From: a virus | Taxonomy: Duplodnaviria; Caudoviricetes | Virus record (IMG/VR): IMGVR_UViG_3300035502_001274 | Span: 64,001 to 128,000 of that record | Strand: one strand, 5' to 3' | Length of the DNA stretch: 64,000 bases | In this document: piece after piece, positions 1 through 9,700 of the stretch | How positions within the stretch are numbered: position 1 is the stretch's first letter | Layout: every line of letters starts with the position of its first letter | The notes under the pieces: model-generated | What the model saw: the letters and a program-made list of their open reading frames with translations, nothing else | Told to the model about the DNA's origin: nothing | Databases searched by the model: none | Made by a program: the position numbers and the translations under genes

Positions 1-101
1 GCATCGGAGTTGAGTTTCAATCCAACTTCGTCTTTCATACTTATCAACCTCTGGACTTATTTGCAAAATCTTCAACCAAGAAAGGTGGTGAAATCTAGAA
101 G

Positions 102-1403
102 ATGGGTCATAAGAAACGCAAAACGTATCTTCTCAAGCGTAATCATGTCTTAGAGAAGATCAAAGGACCTCTATCTCAGTTGAATGATAAAACGCTGGCC
201 TCCTATCGATGGGTGCTAATTCCCATCATGAAGACGAGCGCGACTTATATCGCTGTGGATGCTCAAATAATGTCAACCCTAAACTTTGACAGGGCAGACA
301 TTCGATTCCATATGAAGCTCAAGAACCTCTCCAGGGAAAATAACGCCAATAAAAACTTCATGGAGAATGTACTTTGGGATTACTACACAACCACCATCAC
401 AGCTACCAGCTACGAAGAACTATACACGGCTCTCTATAACATCATGGAGTTCCGCTATGTGAAAGAACTCTATGGATGCTCCGATTCCACAGACTTCTTC
501 TGGTTCATTGATGTGGTGGATTTGGAAGTGACGTTCTATAAAGGCCGAAAGAAAACAGGGCATTTCTTTGTGGAAGGTGAAAAGACCGCCGATGAAGTTC
601 CCTTTGACTATGAAGTGGCCGATGCCATGGCCAAAGAGATCATTGATTACTTCGGCTTAGGCATTGTGACAGAAGATGGGAAACACGCCATGCCCAATCT
701 CTACTTCCGTAAAGTGGAAGACGGCATGCGTTGGTATGAGCGAAATGGACCTGTGGAGATCTTCTCCAATATCTCGATGGTCTGCGCGGCTGATTATATC
801 ACCAAAAGCTATGCCATCTGTAAGGCCGACGACTATGACCAGTTGGCGCGGATGAAGAACGCTTCGCTGTATCTCACACCCATTGACTTGAGCTATACCG
901 ATGAGTTTGACCCTGAACTTCTCTCCATAGCAGCCTTCTATAAGCTGCCCAAGTATAACATTGGAGAGTGGAATGGGAATGAAGACACCTATGCCGAACC
1001 TGGAACCCAAGTCTTTCATGATTTGGGCTCAGCTTGCATTGATGTGGTCAATATAGAGGCGCTGGACGTCAACGACATCATTCATATGATAGACAGTCTA
1101 GGGTTCATTCTCAAGGTTTTCCATGAAGGAACGGCAATGCATATCGTGACCAACTCTGAGACCACAGCCGAGAAGTATGACCATTTGGAAGATCAAGATC
1201 TTTTCATGCCTACCAAGAACTATACGAAGGATCCACATCTCATGTCTACGGTCTTGGCCAATCTCGTTGTGGAGTTGGATTGTGGTAGAGACAGTCCACA
1301 GGAAGATCATCAGCTCATCATTTACACGGACATCTTTGAAGATGAGATGCCCAAGTTGAAGGAAGTCGCTTATTTGCTACGACTTGACGATCAACCATTT
1401 TAA
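102..1403 (+). CDS. hypothetical phage protein
   Basis: 433-aa ORF, AAGGTGG RBS upstream, phage-like codon usage; no family recognised. Confidence 0.75.
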   Translation: MGHKKRKTYLLKRNHVLEKIKGPLSQLNDKTLASYRWVLIPIMKTSATYIAVDAQIMSTLNFDRADIRFHMKLKNLSRENNANKNFMENVLWDYYTTTITATSYEELYTALYNIMEFRYVKELYGCSDSTDFFWFIDVVDLEVTFYKGRKKTGHFFVEGEKTADEVPFDYEVADAMAKEIIDYFGLGIVTEDGKHAMPNLYFRKVEDGMRWYERNGPVEIFSNISMVCAADYITKSYAICKADDYDQLARMKNASLYLTPIDLSYTDEFDPELLSIAAFYKLPKYNIGEWNGNEDTYAEPGTQVFHDLGSACIDVVNIEALDVNDIIHMIDSLGFILKVFHEGTAMHIVTNSETTAEKYDHLEDQDLFMPTKNYTKDPHLMSTVLANLVVELDCGRDSPQEDHQLIIYTDIFEDEMPKLKEVAYLLRLDDQPF

Positions 1404-1414
1404 TTCTCAGCCAG

Positions 1415-1421
1415 ATATCAT
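1415..1421 (+). promoter_or_regulatory. early-type promoter motif ATATCAT
   Basis: Motif recurs in many intergenic regions just upstream of non-structural genes. Confidence 0.6.
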
Positions 1422-1456
1422 TAAGATAGTTACTAATACAAGGAGGAAATTACACC

Positions 1457-2251
1457 ATGAAACTGAAAGACTTGGACGACCTGAAGGACTTGGAGACGCG
1501 ATTCAATGACCCCGTCTCCATCCTCTTCGATGATGACGAGGATAAGCCCAAGAAGAAAAAGAAGAAAGACAAGGAAAAGAAGAAAGAGAAGAGCGAAAGC
1601 GGCTCTGACAGCTACAAGGAGAGCCTGAAAGAGCTCTCCAAGAAAGAGCTCCGCAAGAAGGCGGAAAAGATGGGCATTGACCTGTCCGACGTCGACACCG
1701 ACAGCAAGAAGGCCATGCGGAAAGCCATTATGAAAGTCCGCAATAAGGCCGTCAAACCTGAGCAGGTCTGGGACGGCACCGATGAAGTCAAAGAATCTCT
1801 GAAGCCGGCCGGTAAACTCAAGCAGGTGGATCCTCGCCCTCCCTACTACTATGATGAGGACAGTGAGGACTTCGTGATTGCCAAGGCGTTGGAGACCGAT
1901 GACATGGCTTGCTTCCAGGCCATGCGGTCTCTGGGCAAGATGCGCCAGGAGAAGCGGCCCGATGATGGGTTTGGTGAGCTCATGGAGCGCATCACCCAGA
2001 AGATCAACGAGGTTGACGTCAAGCAGTTGGAAGCCCCGGCCAAGAAGGAGTCCCACAAGGACGCCATTGACGTCGAGTATCGGGAAGTCAAAGATGAGAA
2101 GCCTCTGAAAGATACCCAGCGGAGCGCCGAAGCTGTTGAGCTGAGCCCTGAAGAAGTGGCCAAGTTCGCCGAGGACGTGGATAAGGCCCTCAGCGCCATC
2201 CAAGATAAGAAGAGCGATGGCCAGCCCCAGAAGAAGAGAAAGAAGAAGTAA
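1457..2251 (+). CDS. Lys/Asp-rich protein with Rho-N/HeH-like helical motif (possible nucleic-acid binding)
   Basis: AGGAGG RBS; LKELSKKELRKKAEKMGIDLS...KKAMRKAI resembles Rho_N/SAP-type helix-extension-helix. Confidence 0.55.
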   Translation: MKLKDLDDLKDLETRFNDPVSILFDDDEDKPKKKKKKDKEKKKEKSESGSDSYKESLKELSKKELRKKAEKMGIDLSDVDTDSKKAMRKAIMKVRNKAVKPEQVWDGTDEVKESLKPAGKLKQVDPRPPYYYDEDSEDFVIAKALETDDMACFQAMRSLGKMRQEKRPDDGFGELMERITQKINEVDVKQLEAPAKKESHKDAIDVEYREVKDEKPLKDTQRSAEAVELSPEEVAKFAEDVDKALSAIQDKKSDGQPQKKRKKK

Positions 2252-2273
2252 TCTGCGGGCTACTTAAAACCGT

Positions 2274-2350
2274 TTACCAAGCGGGCACTAATCGGAGCAA
2301 TTTCCAAGTGGAGAGGGAAAGTGACGATACCGATTAGTGCCCGCTGGTAA
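2274..2350 (+). other. long intergenic stem-loop without U-tail
   Basis: TTACCA(A)GCGGGCACTAATCGG pairs with CCGATTAGTGCCCGCTGGTAA. Confidence 0.7.
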
Positions 2351-2372
2351 TTCATAAGGAGACAGATTAGAC

Positions 2373-3476
2373 GTGATATTTTTATTCAAGGATCATACTT
2401 ACAAGGTCTACAGCGTGATGATGGATGACCATAAATTGGCCAAGAAGTTCCATAAAGATCGCAAGAAGATCGAAGCAGTGTTGGTCGAATGCGCCACCGA
2501 TTGCCACAGCGATGTGTATACTGTGGTGAAAGCGGAGCATTTCAAGACCAACTTCAGACCCTTTAGCATCAAGTACACCATTGGACTCTATGATGTGGAA
2601 AGCCCGCTCGATGAGCAGCAGTCCATCACTAGAACGCTCCACATTGACACCATCTTGGACTACTACAATGCGACAGCCCTCATATATCAGATGCTCTACA
2701 CGGACAACGTTGGTGACATGCTGTCCATTGGGGACCGCAGAGTGACCATCGGCTCTCTGTCAATAGAGACGGGACGAGATAGCATCAAGTGGGATAGCGA
2801 TGGTGAAAACCTGATAGACTTCCTTGCCCGTAATGAAATGGTCTGCGACACGGACAAGTTTCTGGACGCTTCCATTCCCAAGGACTTGGCAATAGAAGAG
2901 GGCGCATATGTAACCCGTTATGATAAGTCCACGGGCAAGCACCAGATGATGTACTATTACCATGATAAGAAGTATTTCCTTTGCATGTATAATGGCAAAT
3001 GGGAATTGAGCTTAGATAGACCGACCCTAAGAGTGGTAGCAGAGGGTGCCATCAGTGTCTATGGTATCTGCATGAATAGCACCGGCTTGCTCTATTTGGC
3101 AAATGATCAGATTGCAGTATCCCTCTATAACTGTGACAGCATCAGCCTCATTGTGGAGCTTGGAGAGTGGTATAATGAAAACCACATCTGGCTCTGCGAT
3201 AAAGAGAAAGTCGCATTGACCTATGAGGGCTGGAATATGGAGGACATTCTCTACATGGGCCTGTATCTCCCACAGATTTGGGACATCGATCGATATCTTA
3301 ATGATATTTCACCGGTCTTTCTATCGGCTGAGTTTGTGCATAATAAGCACTACACCAAGAGAGGCGAGTACCATATCCCTCATAGAGCAGCCGATTTGGG
3401 ATTGGAATTGGATTTACTTGCGATTTTCTCGATGATCTTGACTTCCCAGTCGGAGGATATCTCCTTTGATGATTAG
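2373..3476 (+). CDS. hypothetical protein
   Basis: 367-aa ORF, GTG start after AAGGAG. Confidence 0.75.
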   Translation: MIFLFKDHTYKVYSVMMDDHKLAKKFHKDRKKIEAVLVECATDCHSDVYTVVKAEHFKTNFRPFSIKYTIGLYDVESPLDEQQSITRTLHIDTILDYYNATALIYQMLYTDNVGDMLSIGDRRVTIGSLSIETGRDSIKWDSDGENLIDFLARNEMVCDTDKFLDASIPKDLAIEEGAYVTRYDKSTGKHQMMYYYHDKKYFLCMYNGKWELSLDRPTLRVVAEGAISVYGICMNSTGLLYLANDQIAVSLYNCDSISLIVELGEWYNENHIWLCDKEKVALTYEGWNMEDILYMGLYLPQIWDIDRYLNDISPVFLSAEFVHNKHYTKRGEYHIPHRAADLGLELDLLAIFSMILTSQSEDISFDD

Positions 3477-3526
3477 ACGATCGACATCTTGGTAATTGTC
3501 AAGACTACACAGAAAGCGGTGAATTC

Positions 3527-3739
3527 ATGAAAGACAAGAAGGACCAGAGTGTCGTCCGATCGATCATCAACCCCGAATTCATGGGAATGAGTCCGGCGGA
3601 GATGAACGAGTTTGACGGCATGATCGACAAGCTGGAGAAGGAGTCTCTCAGAAAACTGGAGAAAGCTGACGTACGAAAGAACGATGCTTATCTGAAAGAT
3701 GACATCGTGGAGACCGAGAAGGGCGGTGAGTCCACATGA
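3527..3739 (+). CDS. small hypothetical protein
   Basis: 70 aa, overlaps next start (ATGA). Confidence 0.6.
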   Translation: MKDKKDQSVVRSIINPEFMGMSPAEMNEFDGMIDKLEKESLRKLEKADVRKNDAYLKDDIVETEKGGEST

Positions 3740-4230
3740 GGACCAGCCGCCCTGACGGCATTTCACAAGAGAATAGAAGTCATTCTTTTTTCATCATTCT
3801 GCGTAATGTAGCGGAAGATCAGAAGAAGGTTTCGGCCAACAGCATGAAACTGCTGGTCAAAGATTGCATCTTGGAGACCATCATCCCCATCGTTCTTTTT
3901 TGGGTCATCAATCCCCTGAGCTGGTTCACCTACGTCATGATGTTTTTCTATCTCATGTATATGGTCTTCCACTTCATGCAGCGTTATGGCGAACTGAAGG
4001 ATATTGTGGCAGTTTGCTGCTTCAATGAAGTGGATCACATCATCTATTCCAATGATTATCAGTATCAAGAACTCAGCGTCATGGAACTCACCAACATGAT
4101 GAATGACGCTTTCAGAGTGATTGGAAGGCTGGATGACTTTGACGTGGTGGTAGAGAAAGACCGAGGTATGATCTCATGCCTGGCGCTCTTCTTTGCCGTC
4201 GCCATTGTGTTACTCCGGTTCTTCGCATAA
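3736..4230 (+). CDS. membrane protein
   Basis: Hydrophobic segments IIPIVLFWVINPLSWFTYVMMFFYLMYMVF and C-terminal LALFFAVAIVLLRFF. Confidence 0.65.
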   Translation: MRTSRPDGISQENRSHSFFIILRNVAEDQKKVSANSMKLLVKDCILETIIPIVLFWVINPLSWFTYVMMFFYLMYMVFHFMQRYGELKDIVAVCCFNEVDHIIYSNDYQYQELSVMELTNMMNDAFRVIGRLDDFDVVVEKDRGMISCLALFFAVAIVLLRFFA

Positions 4231-4242
4231 GGAGAGAAAGCT

Positions 4243-4980
4243 ATGTATAATGGAATCAAGAATCAAACCGACCTGGAGAAAGGGAGAGCTGCTGGAGGTA
4301 TGTCCACGCCCCGTGGATTCAAGCCGGCGCATCTGCCAGGTGAAGGCCAGGTCATTCCCCACAGCGATAAACCCGTGAAGGTTTACAAGCCATTTCATGG
4401 GCAGGGCATGGGGCCCATCTACAACCTGCCACAGACGACTCGCTTCTACGATCTGCTGGTCAATCCTGATTTGGAAGGCCTGCGTTATGAGTCCTTTGAA
4501 GATTGGACATTCCCCATTCTGACTGAGCAGGATAACCAGTGGCGGGCCAATCCTGTTCGCAATATTCACAGAGGAAGTATGCGGGTTTCCGACGCTCCCT
4601 CTCAGATCACCGAGAATACACTGACACAGTATCTCTACGTCGTCCTGAACCCCAGTAGACATCTGGTGCAGAGCTTTGGAGAGTTTCCCGGCTCTGTCAT
4701 GCGGGCATCTGACTACCTGGTGTGCGTAGAGGTTGGCAATCCCGTCTCAGGAAGACTGGATGCGGCTTTCATTCAATATGCATTGCCGCTCAATAAGCCG
4801 GTACGGGACTGCATCCAGCTTGCTACCGTCGTTCCCACTGGCGGGAGCTACACCTATCTCTATAAGATCGTGGGTGATGGCGAACTGGAGAAGGACATCT
4901 TTGATCGCTGGTTTAATTCCGGTGATTACTACTTCAACTCTGTCATCTATCCCAAGGTCAGAGGATTTGGCGACAGGTAA
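4243..4980 (+). CDS. hypothetical protein
   Basis: 245-aa ORF, AAGGAG RBS. Confidence 0.75.
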   Translation: MYNGIKNQTDLEKGRAAGGMSTPRGFKPAHLPGEGQVIPHSDKPVKVYKPFHGQGMGPIYNLPQTTRFYDLLVNPDLEGLRYESFEDWTFPILTEQDNQWRANPVRNIHRGSMRVSDAPSQITENTLTQYLYVVLNPSRHLVQSFGEFPGSVMRASDYLVCVEVGNPVSGRLDAAFIQYALPLNKPVRDCIQLATVVPTGGSYTYLYKIVGDGELEKDIFDRWFNSGDYYFNSVIYPKVRGFGDR

Positions 4981-5059
4981 GTACCATGACAGGGAAGACC
5001 TTTTAGAAAGGCCTTCCCTGGATTTTTCATCATGTATGCGTCGGGATTTCATGGGCTAA

Positions 5060-5071
5060 AACAAGGCCTTA
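5060..5071 (+). promoter_or_regulatory. late-type promoter AACA-N6-TA
   Basis: AACAAGGCCTTA; matches the AR9 non-virion RNAP consensus, recurs before structural genes. Confidence 0.65.
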
Positions 5072-5119
5072 ATCATGATAATCCACGGAGATTGACTCGA
5101 GAAGTGAGGTGAATTTGAA

Positions 5120-5800
5120 GTGGATCTACCTGGTATTGTGTATGAAGGCGGTATTGAGAAGACCATCTCCTCGGATGATACGTCGGAGATCATCATGATG
5201 TATAAGCCGAGAGAGTTTTTCAGCGATGCCAATGCATACACCAAGTTCGTGAAGAGTGTGGAACGTGTCGTTCGACATTCTGACGACTATAAGGCCTTTG
5301 TGAACTGGATAAAGAACGTGCTTGGGATGAACTTCTGTCAAGTTTCTTCCAAGATCGTGGAAGGTGATGCTACCATTGAGATGCATCATGGTCCAATCTT
5401 TACCCTGTTTGACTACTGTGCCATTGTCCTGAATGATGCGATCATGAGAGGCGAGAAGATTTCCACTTTTCGCATCGCCGAAAGAGTCATACAGGAGCAC
5501 TTTGAACTGAGAGTTCAGGTTGTCATGCTTGCCAAGACCAATCACGAGGCGATCACCAACAGAGATCTCTTCCTGAATGTGCGGCAGGGCGTGGGTAACG
5601 TGGACGCCTTTATCAAGAAATATGCGCATGCTCTGGACGATGAGCAGAAGTACAAGATCTGGAGCTACATCAACTTCTCCAAGGTGAATGAAACATTTGA
5701 CACCGGCATCTTGGACGCACCCAGTATCACCAAGATGATCAAGCAAGCAGAGAAGAACTCTGCTTCTTATTCTTCTCTCGACAGAGATGACTTCGACTAA
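5120..5800 (+). CDS. HNH-like fold protein, paralog of 24872-25648
   Basis: VERVVRHSDDYK..CQV..IEMHHGP..NHEA pattern shared with the second copy. Confidence 0.55.
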   Translation: MDLPGIVYEGGIEKTISSDDTSEIIMMYKPREFFSDANAYTKFVKSVERVVRHSDDYKAFVNWIKNVLGMNFCQVSSKIVEGDATIEMHHGPIFTLFDYCAIVLNDAIMRGEKISTFRIAERVIQEHFELRVQVVMLAKTNHEAITNRDLFLNVRQGVGNVDAFIKKYAHALDDEQKYKIWSYINFSKVNETFDTGILDAPSITKMIKQAEKNSASYSSLDRDDFD

Positions 5801-5851
5801 AATTTATAAATGACCCTTTCCCTGCCAATTTGTCAGGGGGGGGAGGTATTT

Positions 5852-6313
5852 ATGGACAGAATTGCTGAAATGAGCAACATGATTGCTATGGAGGGCTTGC
5901 TGGACAAGTTCCGCAAACCCAAGACCCTGGAGCAGATTCATAGCGAACTGGAAAAGTTGGCTCGTGACATGCAAGGTGATTTGCGTGCAATCTTCAAGAA
6001 TTACGACTTCTTTAAGAAAGACGATGGCACCATCGTCCATTTCTTTCAAGGCGAAGAAGGCTTCAAACGGACTTGCGATGGTGACTACTGCACCGTCGAA
6101 TTCCGCTGGGAGCTTCTCTTCGATGATGGATATACGTCCGATGACGTCGATAAGATCCTGAAGGATGTTGAGCCTAAGCTGGATAAAGTTGGCGCTAAGT
6201 ACGATAAACGCGCGAAAGCCATTTATCCCAAGTGCTGGATCGACTGCCTGAAGGACGACTTTACCGCACAATTCATCAATTTCCGAGATAAGTGGCTCGA
6301 CGAAGACCAATAA
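5852..6313 (+). CDS. putative internal head protein with AME propeptide
   Basis: Start MDRIAEMSNMIAMEG after GGAGG; N-terminus shared with next gene. Confidence 0.6.
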   Translation: MDRIAEMSNMIAMEGLLDKFRKPKTLEQIHSELEKLARDMQGDLRAIFKNYDFFKKDDGTIVHFFQGEEGFKRTCDGDYCTVEFRWELLFDDGYTSDDVDKILKDVEPKLDKVGAKYDKRAKAIYPKCWIDCLKDDFTAQFINFRDKWLDEDQ

Positions 6314-6355
6314 TTTATTCGCCCTCTCCGATTTCATCGGGGGGGGGAGGTATTT

Positions 6356-6907
6356 ATGGACAATTTTGCTGAAATGAGCAACTTTATTGCCATGGAGGGG
6401 CTCTTGCAGAGTATCAAAGAGCGCATCCATGGCAAGAAAGCCGCCAAATCGGAGCAACCTAAGGTTGACCCTCAGATTGAGCAGCTTTATCAAACTCAGT
6501 ATAAGCCCAAGATTGAAGCATTGGGCAAGACCTTGGCCAACGCTGTCAAATCAATGATGGGCAATTGGGATCATCTTGAGATCGCCGTCCGCGACTCAGA
6601 TCCCGATCTTGGTATCATGGACGATGGTTCTTATATCGTCGCCGTATACCTGTGGCAGTCATACTATGGCCCCGATGGCGACATCCCGCAGTTTTCTGAA
6701 AGGGAGCAAGCCAGGCGCAACGATGATGACAACGGTAAAATCTGCGCGATGGACCTTTGTGAGTCCAACTTCAATAGACTCAAGAGCACATTCGATGCTC
6801 GAGTAAAGGAGATCCATCCCAAAGCGTCCATCGTCGTCGGTACCGATGATATCGACTATCTTGCTATTAACTTTAATAAAGAATGGCTTAAGGACGCCAC
6901 TAAATAA
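6356..6907 (+). CDS. putative internal head protein with AME propeptide
   Basis: MDNFAEMSNFIAMEG, leader homologous to previous gene. Confidence 0.6.
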   Translation: MDNFAEMSNFIAMEGLLQSIKERIHGKKAAKSEQPKVDPQIEQLYQTQYKPKIEALGKTLANAVKSMMGNWDHLEIAVRDSDPDLGIMDDGSYIVAVYLWQSYYGPDGDIPQFSEREQARRNDDDNGKICAMDLCESNFNRLKSTFDARVKEIHPKASIVVGTDDIDYLAINFNKEWLKDATK

Positions 6908-7025
6908 ACGCAGAGATTTAGTAGTCCTCACAATATCTTAATCGAGAAAATACGTTAAGTGATCTGCACATCTATCTCACAATCTAGCAGATCATTGTAT
7001 TCCTTAGAAAGTGAGGTCATTTACA

Positions 7026-8516
7026 ATGGCTAATAGATTCCTCGATAGCCTGTGTGCTGCTCTGGAAAATGAGGAGCCCACGGACGATATCCTGAAGGAT
7101 GTTGGTCAGGCCGGCTCTCCCGATCTGCCCACCCAGAAGGAAGCAAATGACCCTGACGGCAATCCGGACTCCCCGGGCGATAACGACGGCAACCCCGTTG
7201 GCAAAGATGACCCCGATCGCAGTCCTGAAGGTGCCGATCTGCCGGCCGAGAAGGATGCCAATGATCCCAGCGGCAATCCTGATTCTCCCGGCGATGAAAA
7301 TGGAAATCCTGCTCCCGCTTCGGAGTCTGCCATCGATGGCGCTGCCATGGAGCTCTTTGGTAAAGCCAATATTGAACGTACCAAGGACATGAACGTCGAT
7401 GATGTGGTGAAGAAGTTCGTGGAGATGACCAAGGACCAGAATCATTACGATTCTTCTCCCGATGCCACCAATCGGCTGAAGGAGTCCATGAACCAGTATA
7501 ACGAGCAGTACGGCGAGAAGACGGCTATGACCTTGCGTTTCAAGACATATGCCGGCGTTCCCTGCCTGCTGAGCGTTGAGACCAGCAATAACAACGTTGT
7601 CGATGTCCAGTTCGCCATTCCCAATGCGCATAAGTATCGTGCTTTCAGCATGAATGCCATCCGCAAGGCAGTTGGCAAGGACATCAAGAAGAATACCGCC
7701 GCCAATCCCGCGCCTGCCTCCGAGATGGAAGGATTCTCAGAGGATACCCTGACTGGTCTGAAGGGTGAAGTGGAGCTGCATAAGAGCCACAACCTGATCG
7801 AGACAAAGCAGGCAAAGGATGCGAAGGATCCTTCTGGCAACACCGGCGACCCCGCGGCCAACGGTCAGCGGACGAGTACGCCCACCGGTATCAAAGACGC
7901 CACTCTGGACAAGTTTGTCAACGACAGCTATGACAAGAGCGGCAATACTGGTGATCCCTCAAGCGTCAACGGCACTCCCGTGTCGAAGAGCGGCGATTCC
8001 AAGGAACTCGGCAAGAATTCTTGGGAGAAAGCCGCCGATGATAAAGATGGAAATCCCGACAGCCCTGGCGTGAACGGCGACCCGGCTCCCTCCTTTGATT
8101 CTTTCATCGCTGCGTGTGAGCAGTTGGTGATCGGAGACCAGCTCGGCACCGTGATTGTACCCGAATCCATGTCCCTTGAGAGCTATGCCATGGAGCTCGG
8201 TATGGGTGAGATTGCTTCCAGAGCTATGGAAGCCCGCCTGACTGCAGCGGAGAAAAACGCTCTCAAAGACTCCGACTTCGGCCTTCCCAGCGAGCGCAAG
8301 TGGCCCCTGCATGACGAAAGCCATGTCCGGTCTGCCATTCAGAACTTCCATTGGTGCCCCAAGGAGAAACAGCGTGAACTGGCCAAGAACATCCTGAAAG
8401 CCATGCGCAAGTTTGGCATGAAGGATCTCGAGGTCAGCCAAGGCAATCCCTTTGCGGCCTACTATCCGGAAGCGAAGATCGTGCCTCGTAAGAAACCTGA
8501 AAAGAAGGCTCAGTGA
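7026..8516 (+). CDS. repeat-rich putative head protein with C-terminal DUF6582-like domain
   Basis: DP(D/S)GNPDSPG repeats, multiple ALE/ASE/AME/SLE sites; C-terminal LKDSDFGLPSERKWPLHDESHVRSAI motif. Confidence 0.6.
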   Translation: MANRFLDSLCAALENEEPTDDILKDVGQAGSPDLPTQKEANDPDGNPDSPGDNDGNPVGKDDPDRSPEGADLPAEKDANDPSGNPDSPGDENGNPAPASESAIDGAAMELFGKANIERTKDMNVDDVVKKFVEMTKDQNHYDSSPDATNRLKESMNQYNEQYGEKTAMTLRFKTYAGVPCLLSVETSNNNVVDVQFAIPNAHKYRAFSMNAIRKAVGKDIKKNTAANPAPASEMEGFSEDTLTGLKGEVELHKSHNLIETKQAKDAKDPSGNTGDPAANGQRTSTPTGIKDATLDKFVNDSYDKSGNTGDPSSVNGTPVSKSGDSKELGKNSWEKAADDKDGNPDSPGVNGDPAPSFDSFIAACEQLVIGDQLGTVIVPESMSLESYAMELGMGEIASRAMEARLTAAEKNALKDSDFGLPSERKWPLHDESHVRSAIQNFHWCPKEKQRELAKNILKAMRKFGMKDLEVSQGNPFAAYYPEAKIVPRKKPEKKAQ

Positions 8517-8635
8517 TTCGTCACTGCGGCTCCATTTCGTAAGGTTTTAAGGGAAGGTAACCAACGGTTAATTTTGACCGTCCAAGGGAATCATACACCT
8601 GAAAATCTTCGAAACGGAGAAGGAGGCAATTTCGC

Positions 8636-9475
8636 ATGGACTTCGAACGCCGTCTTATTACGAAGAACGTCATTTTTGACGCTCCTCAAAAGATTACGCC
8701 GAAGGGAATCATCATTTACTCATCCGGGTTCCCCATTTACCGCCAAGCTTTGTATAAGCTTTACAACCGTCCAGATTACAGAGCCTCAGTGCACGCTCTT
8801 ATTGATGATGACGGTATCACCCAGACGCTGCCTCTCCACTGGAAAGGCTGGCACTCTGGCACTGGTATCGGCAACTTCGGATATCTGGGTGTGGTGGTTT
8901 GTGAACCCAATCCAACACGCAAGAATTATCTCGCACTGAGAGATTCTACGCGCAATAATCTGGTGCAATATTTAGTGTTTCTATGCAGGTATTGGGCTGT
9001 AGAGCCCGTGAACGTATGCAACGTTATCCAGTTTGCAGGGACTGCCTCTCGAAACCACATCGTTGCATCAGAGATGCTGAAGTCATGCCAGAATCACCAA
9101 AGCTATTTCGGTAGAGTTCCTGGTGATGCTGAATCAGACGATGAAGCATATTGTAACGAGAATTCCATAATTACAGAGGTGAAACAGACTCTGGAACAGC
9201 TTGCCATTCTGTATGGAGATGTAAGGCACGCCACCGAAACGCCGTTGACGCAGATAGGGGTTGGTGACATTGTCCTCTTTACAGGTGGCGACCTGTTTAC
9301 TACACGTGGCAGCTCCACAAGAGAAACCTACGATAAGCGCATGCAGCATGGTATCGTCATCGAGACGGCACCTGCATCCAGGCATGCCTATCAGGTCGCG
9401 TTTCCGAGTGGTTCCACCGCTTGGGTGAATAAGAGCGCCTTGGTGCGATCGACCCTCGGGCACGTAAGTTTTTGA
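8636..9475 (+). CDS. Amidase_2-like protein (apparently degenerate active site) with C-terminal SH3-like domain
   Basis: SVHALID..QTLP..GWHSG..N..YLGVVVCE amidase pattern; GDIVLFTGG...HAYQV...WV cell-wall-binding-like tail; AACC-N6-TA at 8559-8570. Confidence 0.65.
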   Translation: MDFERRLITKNVIFDAPQKITPKGIIIYSSGFPIYRQALYKLYNRPDYRASVHALIDDDGITQTLPLHWKGWHSGTGIGNFGYLGVVVCEPNPTRKNYLALRDSTRNNLVQYLVFLCRYWAVEPVNVCNVIQFAGTASRNHIVASEMLKSCQNHQSYFGRVPGDAESDDEAYCNENSIITEVKQTLEQLAILYGDVRHATETPLTQIGVGDIVLFTGGDLFTTRGSSTRETYDKRMQHGIVIETAPASRHAYQVAFPSGSTAWVNKSALVRSTLGHVSF

Positions 9476-9584
9476 TTAGTCGGGGAAACTCGACAGTCGT
9501 TCCTCATTGGATGAAGTAGATTGAGCTGCGGTCTACTTCATCCGATGCTTAATTCGTTTCCTGTCTGCCCACGCCAATAAAATA

Positions 9585-9630
9585 CAAAAAAGAGGCAAGA
9601 AAGAAGCCAGCGCCCTTTCGGGCGCCAGCC
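9585..9630 (-). terminator. intrinsic terminator after tRNA-like RNA
   Basis: GGCTGGCGCCC-GAAA-GGGCGCTGGCT followed by pyrimidine/T run on minus strand. Confidence 0.6.
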
Positions 9631-9700
9631 ACCCAGCCGGACTCGAACCGACGACCTTCAGTTTATTAGACTGACGCTCTACCAACTGAGCTATGGTCTT
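9628..9700 (-). tRNA. tRNA-like RNA, anticodon AAT (Ile), defective acceptor stem
   Basis: TAGCTCAGTTGGTAGAGC D-arm, TCAGT-CTAATAA-ACTGA anticodon arm, GTCGG-TTCGAGT-CCGGC T-arm; acceptor AAGACCA/TGGGTGG pairs only partly; no CCA. Confidence 0.75.
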
